From Candidatus Poribacteria bacterium (GTDB lineage Bacteria > Poribacteria > WGA-4E > WGA-3G): a stretch of 64,000 nucleotides of DNA. The position numbers and the translations under genes are program-made. The stretch covers positions 696,396-760,395 of the forward strand of contig CAXXUA010000013.1 in the NCBI GenBank assembly GCA_963663765.2, given 5' to 3'. Positions within the stretch are counted from its first letter, which is position 1, and each line of letters begins with the position of its first letter. The notes beneath the pieces were generated by a model. It made no database searches, had not been told where the DNA came from, and saw nothing but the letters and a program-made list of their open reading frames with translations. Shown one piece after another: positions 20,621 through 29,382 of this stretch.

Positions 20621-20820
20621 CTGTATTCTTATTGAAGTGGGACATAAACGATTTGGTCAATATATTCGCCTTCAAACGATGCACCAGCAATGAGAATCAA
20701 CTGTTCAATAATTAATCCTATTGAGACATCAAGATTAATCGTGAAAATACCCGGCACATGGTGCCCTGCTGCAAGATGGTCAGCGAGGTGTTGCGGCATA
20801 CTTTTCCGATTGTTAGTTAT

Positions 20821-22242
20821 CAAGAATCACGACAAAACCCCTACCTTTAGGTAGTGGGATGTAGTCGTGCTAAGTGCTTGTGTCAAGAAAAAACTTGATT
20901 TTTGGTTTAAAACATGAGATACTCATTATACCAGTTCAGTGTAGGTGCTACTAACACCTACACACCTTTAGTAGAGGGAACTGACGTCTTCATAGGACTG
21001 GAATATCATCATGCTAAAAACACATAAGATTGCATTGAATCCAAATAACAATCAACGAAAATGGTTTGCACAACAGTGTGGCTATGCGAGATTTGCATAT
21101 AATCATGCATTAGCAGATTTCAAGTCTGCATTGGCAAATGATGAGTTCTTATCCGCTGCGAAGTTAAACACTCGATTTAATATTGCTAAGAAAGCACATG
21201 CTTGGACTAAAGATATGGATCAGGTTGTAGCCAATAAAAGCATATTTGGTAACTTGTCTGCTGCGCTTGCGAATTGGGTTGGTAAGCGTGCGAGATTTCC
21301 GAAGTTCAAGAAGCGTGGCAAAAAGGACGCATTCACCACAAATAATCAATCTGTAGAAGTTGAAGGCAAGCGTATCAAACTTCCTAAGATTGGTTGGATT
21401 AGCATGTTTGAATCATTGCGTTTTGTGGGTAAGATTATGAAAGTGACGATCTCAAGGACAGCACATCGTTGGTTTGTATCTATCACCATAGAAACAGAGG
21501 ACACCGAAGCAGTTGATAACTCAACGCACCCTGTGATTGGTATAGATGTAGGCATAAACACACTTGCCACATTGAGTGATGGCACGAAATATGATAATCC
21601 AAGACCCCTGAAACGATATGAAAAGAAGTTAGCAAGAGAACAACGTAGATTAAGTAGAAAAGTTTTCAAGTCTAACAACTGGTTCAAACAAAAACACAAG
21701 TTAGAACGTATCTACTATCGTATCGCTTGTATCCGAAACGATGCACATCATAAAGCAACTACAGAGATTGTCAACCTCGCATCTGCGATCGGTATTGAGA
21801 CACTCAAGGTTACTAATATGCTGAAGAACAGAAACCTCGCAAAAGCATTGTCAGATACAGCATTAGGCAGTTTCCTGCTAAAACTCAAGACAAAAGCAGA
21901 AGTGCACGGTATACCTGTCAAAGAAGCAGATCAGTTCTTTGCAAGTAGTAAAACCTGTTCCGGTTGTGGACACAAAAAGAAAGACCTAACACTTTCAGAA
22001 AGAATGTATCACTGCAGTCAATGTGATATGTCTATAGATAGAGATGTCAACGCTGCAATAAACTTGAAACCAACTACGGTGGGACACACCGAAAGTCACG
22101 CCTGTGGAGTGCAAATAAGACCCAACGCTGTTCAGGAAAGGGCACGAGACACGGAAGCAGGAAAAGTCGTTTGGAAACAACTCAAACTGTTTCCAATATA
22201 AGAACTAAGAACCCCCATGCTTTAGCTTGGGGAGTATGTCAG
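20821..22242 (+). mobile_element. IS200/IS605-family (tnpB-only) element, copy 2
   Basis: Follows TTAT 20817-20820; same ends as copy 1; precise removal restores the DUF5615 frame. Confidence 0.93.
21011..22201 (+). CDS. tnpB: RNA-guided endonuclease TnpB
   Basis: GIDVG, IETL, CSGC/CSQC, DRDVNAA; D-E-D triad intact. Confidence 0.93.
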   Translation: MLKTHKIALNPNNNQRKWFAQQCGYARFAYNHALADFKSALANDEFLSAAKLNTRFNIAKKAHAWTKDMDQVVANKSIFGNLSAALANWVGKRARFPKFKKRGKKDAFTTNNQSVEVEGKRIKLPKIGWISMFESLRFVGKIMKVTISRTAHRWFVSITIETEDTEAVDNSTHPVIGIDVGINTLATLSDGTKYDNPRPLKRYEKKLAREQRRLSRKVFKSNNWFKQKHKLERIYYRIACIRNDAHHKATTEIVNLASAIGIETLKVTNMLKNRNLAKALSDTALGSFLLKLKTKAEVHGIPVKEADQFFASSKTCSGCGHKKKDLTLSERMYHCSQCDMSIDRDVNAAINLKPTTVGHTESHACGVQIRPNAVQERARDTEAGKVVWKQLKLFPI

Positions 22243-22412
22243 TAAGCTGAAATCGTGCTGCTCACACCACTTTAAGATTTCGGGGTCTTTAGTGCTTCTT
22301 GCAGGAGCACCTTCGTTACCAATCTTCAAGACCGTTAATGATGGTTCATGGTAAAGTAATTGCGTCTGGTAGATTGGTGGAATATGTTCGTCTAATAGAT
22401 ACCGACGCATCT

Positions 22413-24014
22413 TTATTCCTGTTCATTTTTGGATGGGGATGGTTTTGTAATTGCTGAGATACTTTTTGGAATGTCCATCGGTGAGCTATCAGAAACATTC
22501 TTTTTTTCCGCAATAAGTTGACGTAGTCGAACAACACCGGGTGGCGGATTTTTCTCGTATTCCTCCCGAAAGATTTGGCTGTATTGGAGATTATTTGCTA
22601 AATAACTCCCTATTTTTATTGGATTTTGAAGATAATAAAGAATCGTTGCGTAAACCTCTTCCAATGTCAGCGTCTCATAGCGTGCAATAATCTCCTCCGG
22701 TGTTTGTGACAGATGAAGAGACTCGTACAGGACAGTGTCAATACCGATACGCGTGCCTTTTATCCGAATATCATCCTCTGATAAAAAATCAAAGTTTCTT
22801 TCAAAAGGATAGAGTTGTTCGTATACTTGGATTTGTCTGAGAATACGGTTTTCGACAGGGAAAAATAGTGTGCGCTTATTTTGAATTAGATATTCAAGTT
22901 GGCTCAGGACTTCGTGACTATCCCGTCCGGATGTAAGTCCAGCTAATAAACCTAACGTTACAAATTTTAGCTGGTTGTACGGAATCTGTTCTTCCCATAT
23001 TTTAAAGAGAAAATCAGTAGCCATGTTTAATGCCTTTTGCTGACTCATTCTCTGTTCTCCGAAGGCTTGAACTAAGCTATTGTAGGGTTCAGCGAGGTTC
23101 CAATTTGCTTGTTTTAAAGCTTCCATTAACGTGTCTGTCCCAAACTCTGTGTGATAGTAGTGAAAACAAACAAGCTGAATTGCCATTTTACTGTACTCAG
23201 TTTTATCAAGTACATTTTGATTTAGGCAATGTTCCAAAACAACTTGTGTCCACACACCGTCAATTTGGAAATTTGTTCCAGCGTCACTATTGAAGCTTGT
23301 TTCTGCATAAGTTCTGAGCCGCCCATCGTCCGAAAGGAGTAGGTATCCTGGCTGACTTGCGATAAGAAGGGTATCCAAAAATAACGGTTGAAGCATGTCA
23401 TCTAATTCCTTTTTGCGGAGTTGATTCATTTGTAGTGCAGTAGTGCATGGAATGACCTCACAGTTTTCCCTAATCCATTTGATAAGGTTTTTTAGAAGTT
23501 CTACGTTGCATTTTATATCTTTAGGATTGATCATGTGTCTTACATACTGGTTGCCTTGTTTCTCAATGCTCATCTCTTCTTTTTTTTGGACAATTTGTAG
23601 TAGTTCATCAATAGTTGATTGTGAAATGCAGAGTTTTCCAAATACCTTGACAACGGTATCGGCAGCTTCTAAACAGTGTAAGGTGGTGAGGGATATGAGA
23701 TCCGCAACAAGTTTGGGCTTTGGATCGTTAAGTAAAGCAAGTGCTTGAGCCCTTTCTTCTGCACTGCCGATACAACACCTAATTCCCAAGTCAGGTTTGT
23801 TTATGAGGAGACTCCACACGTCTAACACATTGCGCCCCGTCCAACCCATGAAGACACCGATTGGGGGTTGGTGTTCTTTATATTTATTTTCAATCTGGAG
23901 CGAGGTTTCATGTCGTTTATTGGCAGCGTCAAATAACGTTTGAAATTTTGTGCCTTCAGAATCGTCTCCCAGGATTGTATCTTGGATAGACCTATTTTGC
24001 TCGCTTACTCCCAT
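22413..24014 (-). CDS. PIN-domain protein fused to a C-terminal DUF433 domain
   Basis: LVADLISLTTL and LLLSDDGRLR PIN-like motifs; C-terminal DDIRIKGTRI...TPEEI..RY.TLTLEEVYATILYY is DUF433. Confidence 0.75.
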   Translation of the reverse strand: MGVSEQNRSIQDTILGDDSEGTKFQTLFDAANKRHETSLQIENKYKEHQPPIGVFMGWTGRNVLDVWSLLINKPDLGIRCCIGSAEERAQALALLNDPKPKLVADLISLTTLHCLEAADTVVKVFGKLCISQSTIDELLQIVQKKEEMSIEKQGNQYVRHMINPKDIKCNVELLKNLIKWIRENCEVIPCTTALQMNQLRKKELDDMLQPLFLDTLLIASQPGYLLLSDDGRLRTYAETSFNSDAGTNFQIDGVWTQVVLEHCLNQNVLDKTEYSKMAIQLVCFHYYHTEFGTDTLMEALKQANWNLAEPYNSLVQAFGEQRMSQQKALNMATDFLFKIWEEQIPYNQLKFVTLGLLAGLTSGRDSHEVLSQLEYLIQNKRTLFFPVENRILRQIQVYEQLYPFERNFDFLSEDDIRIKGTRIGIDTVLYESLHLSQTPEEIIARYETLTLEEVYATILYYLQNPIKIGSYLANNLQYSQIFREEYEKNPPPGVVRLRQLIAEKKNVSDSSPMDIPKSISAITKPSPSKNEQE

Positions 24015-24087
24015 CGATTTCTACCCCTATCAAAAATTTCTTTCACAGTGCTTTTATCAATTTTTCTATTGCTATTTTTATTTTGTC

Positions 24088-24116
24088 ATTATAGCATATT
24101 TCTGCTGCATAGTCAA
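24088..24116 (-). promoter_or_regulatory. sigma70 promoter of the PIN-DUF433/DUF5615 cassette
   Basis: TTGACT-17 nt-TATAAT with extended TG. Confidence 0.7.
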
Positions 24117-24169
24117 GATAAAAAAGGTTTGCGTTAGAATGATTATAGTAAGCGATTTTAACAACTAAC

Positions 24170-24286
24170 TTAACCACCATACCAACTCGGAAAAGCAATC
24201 CCCTTCCGCTTAAGCATCACCAACTCCGTATCAAGATCACATGTAGACTGTTTCCCGCCGTGGATACTCGGCTCAGCTCAGAGCAT
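24170..24286 (-). repeat. Displaced 3' end of the Type IIG RM gene, copy 3
   Basis: 91/100 bp match (hand count) to 29391-29490; encodes ML*AEPSIHGGKQSTCDLDTELVMLKRKGIAFPSWYGG*. Confidence 0.95.
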
Positions 24287-24337
24287 AATGGAAATCTCTA
24301 ATGCCTGAATCAGGATTTCATGAGGGTTATGAGTGAA

Positions 24338-25201
24338 TTAAATTGCAGGATTCCACGATACCTTTTCGCTATCAGGTATGATCTTTTTTTCCCAATGCAA
24401 TAGTTTGGCAATAGGTCCTATATCGTCATCAGGTATATCCTGGAGGTACAGCAATTGGAAAAGAGCAATTCCTATATTTTCAAGGAACATGCTATGAGAG
24501 TCAAGAGCCTCATATTGGGGTAGTCTGCCACTAAAAGTTACTGTAAGTCCGCCCTGAATATATCCGTTTGTAACAAGTTCAAAACAATCGTGTAACAATT
24601 TTGATAGTTCTAAGGAAAATTCTGGCTCAAAAGAAGTAAGAAATTCTTGACCTTTTTCTCTTCTACCAACCATGCTCAAAATACAAAGTTGTTGATATGT
24701 AAGTTGTTCTGCAGATTTTATAATTTTATGGCTTAAATCTGCACTGATTTCTTGTTCAAAAACAGTGTTTACATAAACGTTTGAAATATACCGGATTTTC
24801 TTCTCTTCTGGTTCTCTTTGACATTTTAATATAACATTTTCAAGAATTTCTTCGTCTTTAGACCTGTCAGAAAAATCTTTATCAAAAAAACCATCTTCAC
24901 GAGGTTTCTCACCTTTTTCTAAGCGTTGGCGAATCCCAGCTAGAGCAAAGGCAAAAGCGGCACCTGCTCTGATCTTCTCGCGTGGTCCAATCATTCGTTC
25001 CAAGATTTCATTGCCGATTTTCCTGAATCCAATCTGAATCAATTTACTACCGACACTAACTCCAATCGTTGTGACCGGATCTCCGCTCAGCAAACCTGCT
25101 GCCAAACCGCTAATAGCACTACCTGTTATCTCACTAGAGGTTTCAATAAGTTGAAGAACTCTATCATTTTTAGCAGAATTCTTTTCAAAGTTTTGAGTCA
25201 T
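24338..25201 (-). CDS. Hypothetical protein, possibly DUF4393/Abi-alpha-like (paralog B)
   Basis: Gly/Ala-rich hydrophobic N-terminus, EDGFF..DRSK, EEKKIRYI, LTYQQLCIL; homologous to upstream neighbour. Confidence 0.6.
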   Translation of the reverse strand: MTQNFEKNSAKNDRVLQLIETSSEITGSAISGLAAGLLSGDPVTTIGVSVGSKLIQIGFRKIGNEILERMIGPREKIRAGAAFAFALAGIRQRLEKGEKPREDGFFDKDFSDRSKDEEILENVILKCQREPEEKKIRYISNVYVNTVFEQEISADLSHKIIKSAEQLTYQQLCILSMVGRREKGQEFLTSFEPEFSLELSKLLHDCFELVTNGYIQGGLTVTFSGRLPQYEALDSHSMFLENIGIALFQLLYLQDIPDDDIGPIAKLLHWEKKIIPDSEKVSWNPAI

Positions 25202-26018
25202 TCCATAATTCCTCCAGTATTGAGTCTACATCTTCATTAGGAATATGATCCAATTTTGCAAATTTGAACATGTTTTCGCTAAGGATATTAGAAAACCCTA
25301 CCGAGTTGGCAAATCCGGGATATACAGGTGATTTATCACTATTAGTCCACAGACTTTCGGCAAAAGAACCTAAATACAATTCATGAATTTTTTCCATAAG
25401 TGGATTGCTGGGATTAATAAGTCCTCTATCTCGAACCTCAATACAATCTGTGAGGATGGATGATAAGTTTTGCGTAATATTTGGATTGCCTAAACTATCT
25501 AAATCAATTTGGTCTGCATTCATAAGTAATTTTAGAATACACAGTTGACGATAACTTAGTTCATCAAGATTTTTTAAAATACGACGATACGTATCTATAT
25601 CAAAATCTGAATCAAAATGAACGTTTTCTGTTAAATTTGCTATATATTTTATTTTCGGTTCTTCTGTTGTATCCATCACTTTTTTTAAAGTAGATTCTAC
25701 AACTTCGTCTATTTTGGACCGATCGGTAGGGGTTTTTTCAAAGAATCCATCATCCCGAAATTTTTCACCATTTTCTAATCTTTGAGATATATTTTCTGCT
25801 GCTTGTATTCCCCATTGAAATAATCTTACAGTTTGTCTTTTACTTATAAGTGGAGTGATAAATCTGTCTAAACCCCATCCACCAAACACACTAATAGCTC
25901 CAGTTGATATCCCAGTTGGGTCTCCAATAGAAGTGCCAACTGCTATCCCTGATCCTAATGCAATTAATTGAAAATAGGGAAATCCTTTCGCTTCTTTTTC
26001 GTCTTTAATTAGGTTCAT
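25185..26018 (-). CDS. Hypothetical protein, possibly DUF4393/Abi-alpha-like (paralog A)
   Basis: DDGFF..DRSK, EEPKIKYI, LSYRQLCIL; GGAGG SD; overlaps paralog B start. Confidence 0.6.
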   Translation of the reverse strand: MNLIKDEKEAKGFPYFQLIALGSGIAVGTSIGDPTGISTGAISVFGGWGLDRFITPLISKRQTVRLFQWGIQAAENISQRLENGEKFRDDGFFEKTPTDRSKIDEVVESTLKKVMDTTEEPKIKYIANLTENVHFDSDFDIDTYRRILKNLDELSYRQLCILKLLMNADQIDLDSLGNPNITQNLSSILTDCIEVRDRGLINPSNPLMEKIHELYLGSFAESLWTNSDKSPVYPGFANSVGFSNILSENMFKFAKLDHIPNEDVDSILEELWNDSKL

Positions 26019-26088
26019 TTCAATCCTCCTTTTTCATTGATTTACCTCTACAAAAAACCAATATCCAAATATCGAATCTCGTTTAATA

Positions 26089-26199
26089 TTATTCCTTATC
26101 ATACCAATTCGGAAAAGCAACCCCCTTCTTCTTAAACATCACCAATTCCCCATCAAGATCACATGTAGACTGCTTCCCACCGTGGATACTCGGTTCAGC
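26089..26199 (-). repeat. Displaced 3' end of the Type IIG RM gene, copy 2
   Basis: 88/100 bp match (hand count) to 29391-29490, 49 bp identical; encodes AEPSIHGGKQSTCDLDGELVMFKKKGVAFPNWYDKE*. Confidence 0.95.
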
Positions 26200-26238
26200 C
26201 CTTTCGTGTTTCAGAATAATACGATCTGTTAGTATTGT

Positions 26239-27816
26239 CTACTTTCGGTCAAATATACATTTACGAAGTTCCTCGTAGACCTTAGTTTCCTTCGTGATAC
26301 ATTTTGAGAGACTCTTTTTAAACATATCTGTACTGATGTTTGTTTTAATACCACAAAACTTTTTTATCCGTTCAATTTTATCTTTCACGTTCTGATTACA
26401 GATATCCGTTACAAAGTTATCATAGTCTTCCTCACTGAACATTAAACCTTCAGACTGACAGTATTTTACCAATATTTCTTTGTCAAAGAGATAATTTTCT
26501 AATTCCCAACGTCTGAGAATACGATGGTGAAATGGAGTATTAGCTAAGTGATTCTGGCGTTCGGATTCATTAATTGATTTCCCTGATCCTATATCACGAT
26601 CTTTGAGAACCCATATCTCTATTCCTTTGAGCACTTTCCCAAGAATATCTATTGCAATGTCACTGCGTTGGTCCGGTTCAGTATTTCCTCCGCTTGATAC
26701 AAACACCGTATCAGAAAAATCAGCAGAAAAGATATTTTCATAGATTTGTGCGTCGAACCCTTTTTCGATTCTGTTTGGTCCTGGTTTTGCCCTACCCTCA
26801 CAGTAGATAATACGATTTGGAGCAACTAAATCTGTCAAGTCGTCAAGTGCTGTCTTAAAAATTCTCATGTAGTTTTTACGAATTGGTTCTATCGGTCGTA
26901 TTGTTTGAGTTCCTGTAAAGTAGTCCTTCTCTGAGAAGTCTAAAATTTGAGAATCTTCTTTTAATTCGTTCTGTAGTGCCCGAATAAATCCTATACTGTG
27001 GGTCGCAACCCACAGTTGGCAATGATCAGATATTAATTTGTTAATCTCAACGAGGAGTTTGCGCTGAATAGTAGTGCTTAAATGCAACTCTGGTTCATCA
27101 ATACAACATAGCGTATTTGTAAACTCATCTGATTTGATTACAAGATCAATAATCATGTCAACAACTTCTTTTTCTCCTGCTGATAGGTTGGCAAAAGGAA
27201 AATCAATGGTGTTACCCTTTTTAAAATATATCTGTCCCTTTTCGTTCAAAGGTTCTCCTAAACTCGATATTTGGACATCAAGAATATTCATCAAGATACT
27301 GTTTACCTTCTCAATAAAATCACCGTGGATTTGGTCACCTGTTTTTTTTCCTCTATTGTATTCTGAGTATAAAACAGAATGTAATCTTTCGTAATTATTC
27401 AAAAGACGTTGATCTACTGCAATTGAACTAATAGGATTATTTTTATTGCTACGTGTCTCCTTGATAGATTTGATTCCTGTCCCCTCAATTTTTGGAGTAT
27501 AACGGTATGACGTTCTGAAGTAAAACCCCTGTGCATGCTGATTTTCTTCAGCGAAATTTACTTCTACACTTTGCCTTTTGTATTGCTCATTTTCAGGATC
27601 TGCATCATAAAATTGGGATTTTGAATAGAAATCTGCAGCCTCAGCTCCTCGCGAACTTCCAATCTGTATTTTTTGTTTAAAGCCATCATATACCGAGCTC
27701 TTTCCACAGCCATTGGGACCGACCATAGCAACTATTTTTTTCGGATTTGGACCAAGTTCAATAGTTAGATCATCAAATCGTTTGAAGCCAGTTAATCTTA
27801 CTGTTTGTACTCTCAT
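26239..27816 (-). CDS. ABC-type ATPase with C-terminal TOPRIM-like domain (OLD-like nuclease)
   Basis: GPNGCGKSS, LSAGEKE, IDEPELHL, ATHS; IIYCEG, KDRD, ELENYL. Confidence 0.82.
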   Translation of the reverse strand: MRVQTVRLTGFKRFDDLTIELGPNPKKIVAMVGPNGCGKSSVYDGFKQKIQIGSSRGAEAADFYSKSQFYDADPENEQYKRQSVEVNFAEENQHAQGFYFRTSYRYTPKIEGTGIKSIKETRSNKNNPISSIAVDQRLLNNYERLHSVLYSEYNRGKKTGDQIHGDFIEKVNSILMNILDVQISSLGEPLNEKGQIYFKKGNTIDFPFANLSAGEKEVVDMIIDLVIKSDEFTNTLCCIDEPELHLSTTIQRKLLVEINKLISDHCQLWVATHSIGFIRALQNELKEDSQILDFSEKDYFTGTQTIRPIEPIRKNYMRIFKTALDDLTDLVAPNRIIYCEGRAKPGPNRIEKGFDAQIYENIFSADFSDTVFVSSGGNTEPDQRSDIAIDILGKVLKGIEIWVLKDRDIGSGKSINESERQNHLANTPFHHRILRRWELENYLFDKEILVKYCQSEGLMFSEEDYDNFVTDICNQNVKDKIERIKKFCGIKTNISTDMFKKSLSKCITKETKVYEELRKCIFDRK

Positions 27817-27978
27817 TATTTATCTCCTTGCGAAATTAATTGAATTTCTCTGTTATTAACATTAACCTAATTCTTATACAATCAAAGAAGGCGGAACACC
27901 AATTTTTGTAAACTGGATTAGATACACTACAACAATTACTTTCCATTATTAAAGTATTGACTAAACTATACATTTATA

Positions 27979-28007
27979 ATTATATCATTAGACTAATAAA
28001 ATGTCAA
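27979..28007 (-). promoter_or_regulatory. Full-consensus sigma70 promoter of the OLD-like gene
   Basis: TTGACA (28007-28002), 17 nt, TATAAT (27984-27979), extended TG. Confidence 0.8.
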
Positions 28008-28124
28008 GGGAAAATTCAGAAATTCCGAAAATATTTTATATTTTTTTAACCTTTACTTAGAAATTGTTTTGTAGTATACTATATCGGTGTATGTTATGAA
28101 CCCGATAATAAAAGGAGAAAAGCT

Positions 28125-28526
28125 GTGGAACTAGGTGAACGTCTTCGTTCCATTCGTAAAGAAAAGAACTTAACTTTAAAAGATCTGAGCGAACTTGCAG
28201 AATTGTCGGTTCCATATCTTTCAGATATGGAACGCGGAGAAGTAAATCCATCCATAGAATCTTTAAAAAAGGTTGCGAATGCTTTCAAAATGACAGTCAG
28301 AGATCTTTTTACTGGTGTAGAGAAATTAGGAGAATCAAGACCAGAGCCTTATCCTAAAGGATTTAAAGAGTTTTTAGATGATCCTGAGTTTTCTGAAGAA
28401 ATTGATGATGAATGGAAAGGATTTCTAATTGAGATGAATTTTCGAGGTGAACAACCTACCACAAAAAGAGAATGGATCGAGTTGCATCTCAATCTTCGAC
28501 GCACATTTTCACAGGAGAACAAATGA
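28125..28526 (+). CDS. XRE-family HTH transcriptional regulator
   Basis: LGERLRSIR...LSVPYLSDMERGEVNPS. Confidence 0.9.
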   Translation: MELGERLRSIRKEKNLTLKDLSELAELSVPYLSDMERGEVNPSIESLKKVANAFKMTVRDLFTGVEKLGESRPEPYPKGFKEFLDDPEFSEEIDDEWKGFLIEMNFRGEQPTTKREWIELHLNLRRTFSQENK

Positions 28527-29371
28527 ATAGTCTTAATGAACATGTAATCAAAATGGTTCAAAATACTGTTAGCGAATATAGTTCAACGGAGAACGCGAAT
28601 TTTGAGGAAATATGTTCCGGTTTAGGCATAGATGTGAAGGAAGCATCTCTATCACTAGAAATTGATGGAATGCATAAAGGAAGTACCATATTTATCAACA
28701 CACGGGTCCAAAATGAAGAACGAAAAAGGTTTACCCAATTCCATGAGATCACACATTACTTGCTTGAGAAGGATGGATATTTAATTTCTGAACTTCACGA
28801 TCTCACCTTCAGTCAAGAGGGGGAGTACGATAAGCAATTAGAAAAATTATGTAATTTTGGGGCTGCTGAATTTTTGATGCCAAGTAAAGAATTTATAAAC
28901 CTTTATGTAGAAACGGGTTTTAATGTTGAGTTGATTCTTAGTGCTGCCGAATATTTTAAATCTTCAACAATTGCTGCGACAATCCAACTTGCTCAAGTTG
29001 CGCCAAATCAATGTATTACGGCTATTTGCGAATTTATGCAGGATAAAAGAACACCTTTGCAATCACAGATTTTAAATCAAAATGAAAAATCCCCCAAGCG
29101 ACAATTGCGTGTATCCTATGCTGCTTCGTCACCAAATGTAAGATATATGTTGGCAAAAAATACTGTCATTCCTTATGACCATCTGATTTATGATGCTATT
29201 GGACAAGACAATCCTGTTGAAGGGGATAGTAATGTTCCTTTTCGAAGTGGTAAAAAGATGCCATGTCGTTGTGAAGCATTAGCAGAGAGGAATCGGGTGT
29301 ATGTAATATTTCATTTGAGTCCTCCGACATCTACAAATGAAATGCAAATCAATTTATTTGACTCGTCGTAA
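28523..29371 (+). CDS. ImmA/IrrE-family metallopeptidase
   Basis: RFTQFHEITH (HEXXH), EKLCNFGAAEFLMP, C-terminal GAF-like region; ATGA overlap with XRE stop. Confidence 0.9.
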   Translation: MNSLNEHVIKMVQNTVSEYSSTENANFEEICSGLGIDVKEASLSLEIDGMHKGSTIFINTRVQNEERKRFTQFHEITHYLLEKDGYLISELHDLTFSQEGEYDKQLEKLCNFGAAEFLMPSKEFINLYVETGFNVELILSAAEYFKSSTIAATIQLAQVAPNQCITAICEFMQDKRTPLQSQILNQNEKSPKRQLRVSYAASSPNVRYMLAKNTVIPYDHLIYDAIGQDNPVEGDSNVPFRSGKKMPCRCEALAERNRVYVIFHLSPPTSTNEMQINLFDSS

Positions 29372-29382
29372 CCTACAAGTCT

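Larger units (their letters stand above)
20629..22410 (-). pseudogene. DUF5615 PIN-like toxin split by IS605 copy 2
   Basis: 22410-22243 (56 codons, YLLDEH...DPEILKWC) joins 20820-20629 (ITNNR...PGI) in frame to give 119 aa. Confidence 0.9.

Noticed and set aside
20821-22242. IStron (group I intron-IS hybrid), suggested by the TCAG end and intragenic position
   Set aside because: Only 190 nt precede tnpB with no recognisable group I core, and the element is antisense to the interrupted gene
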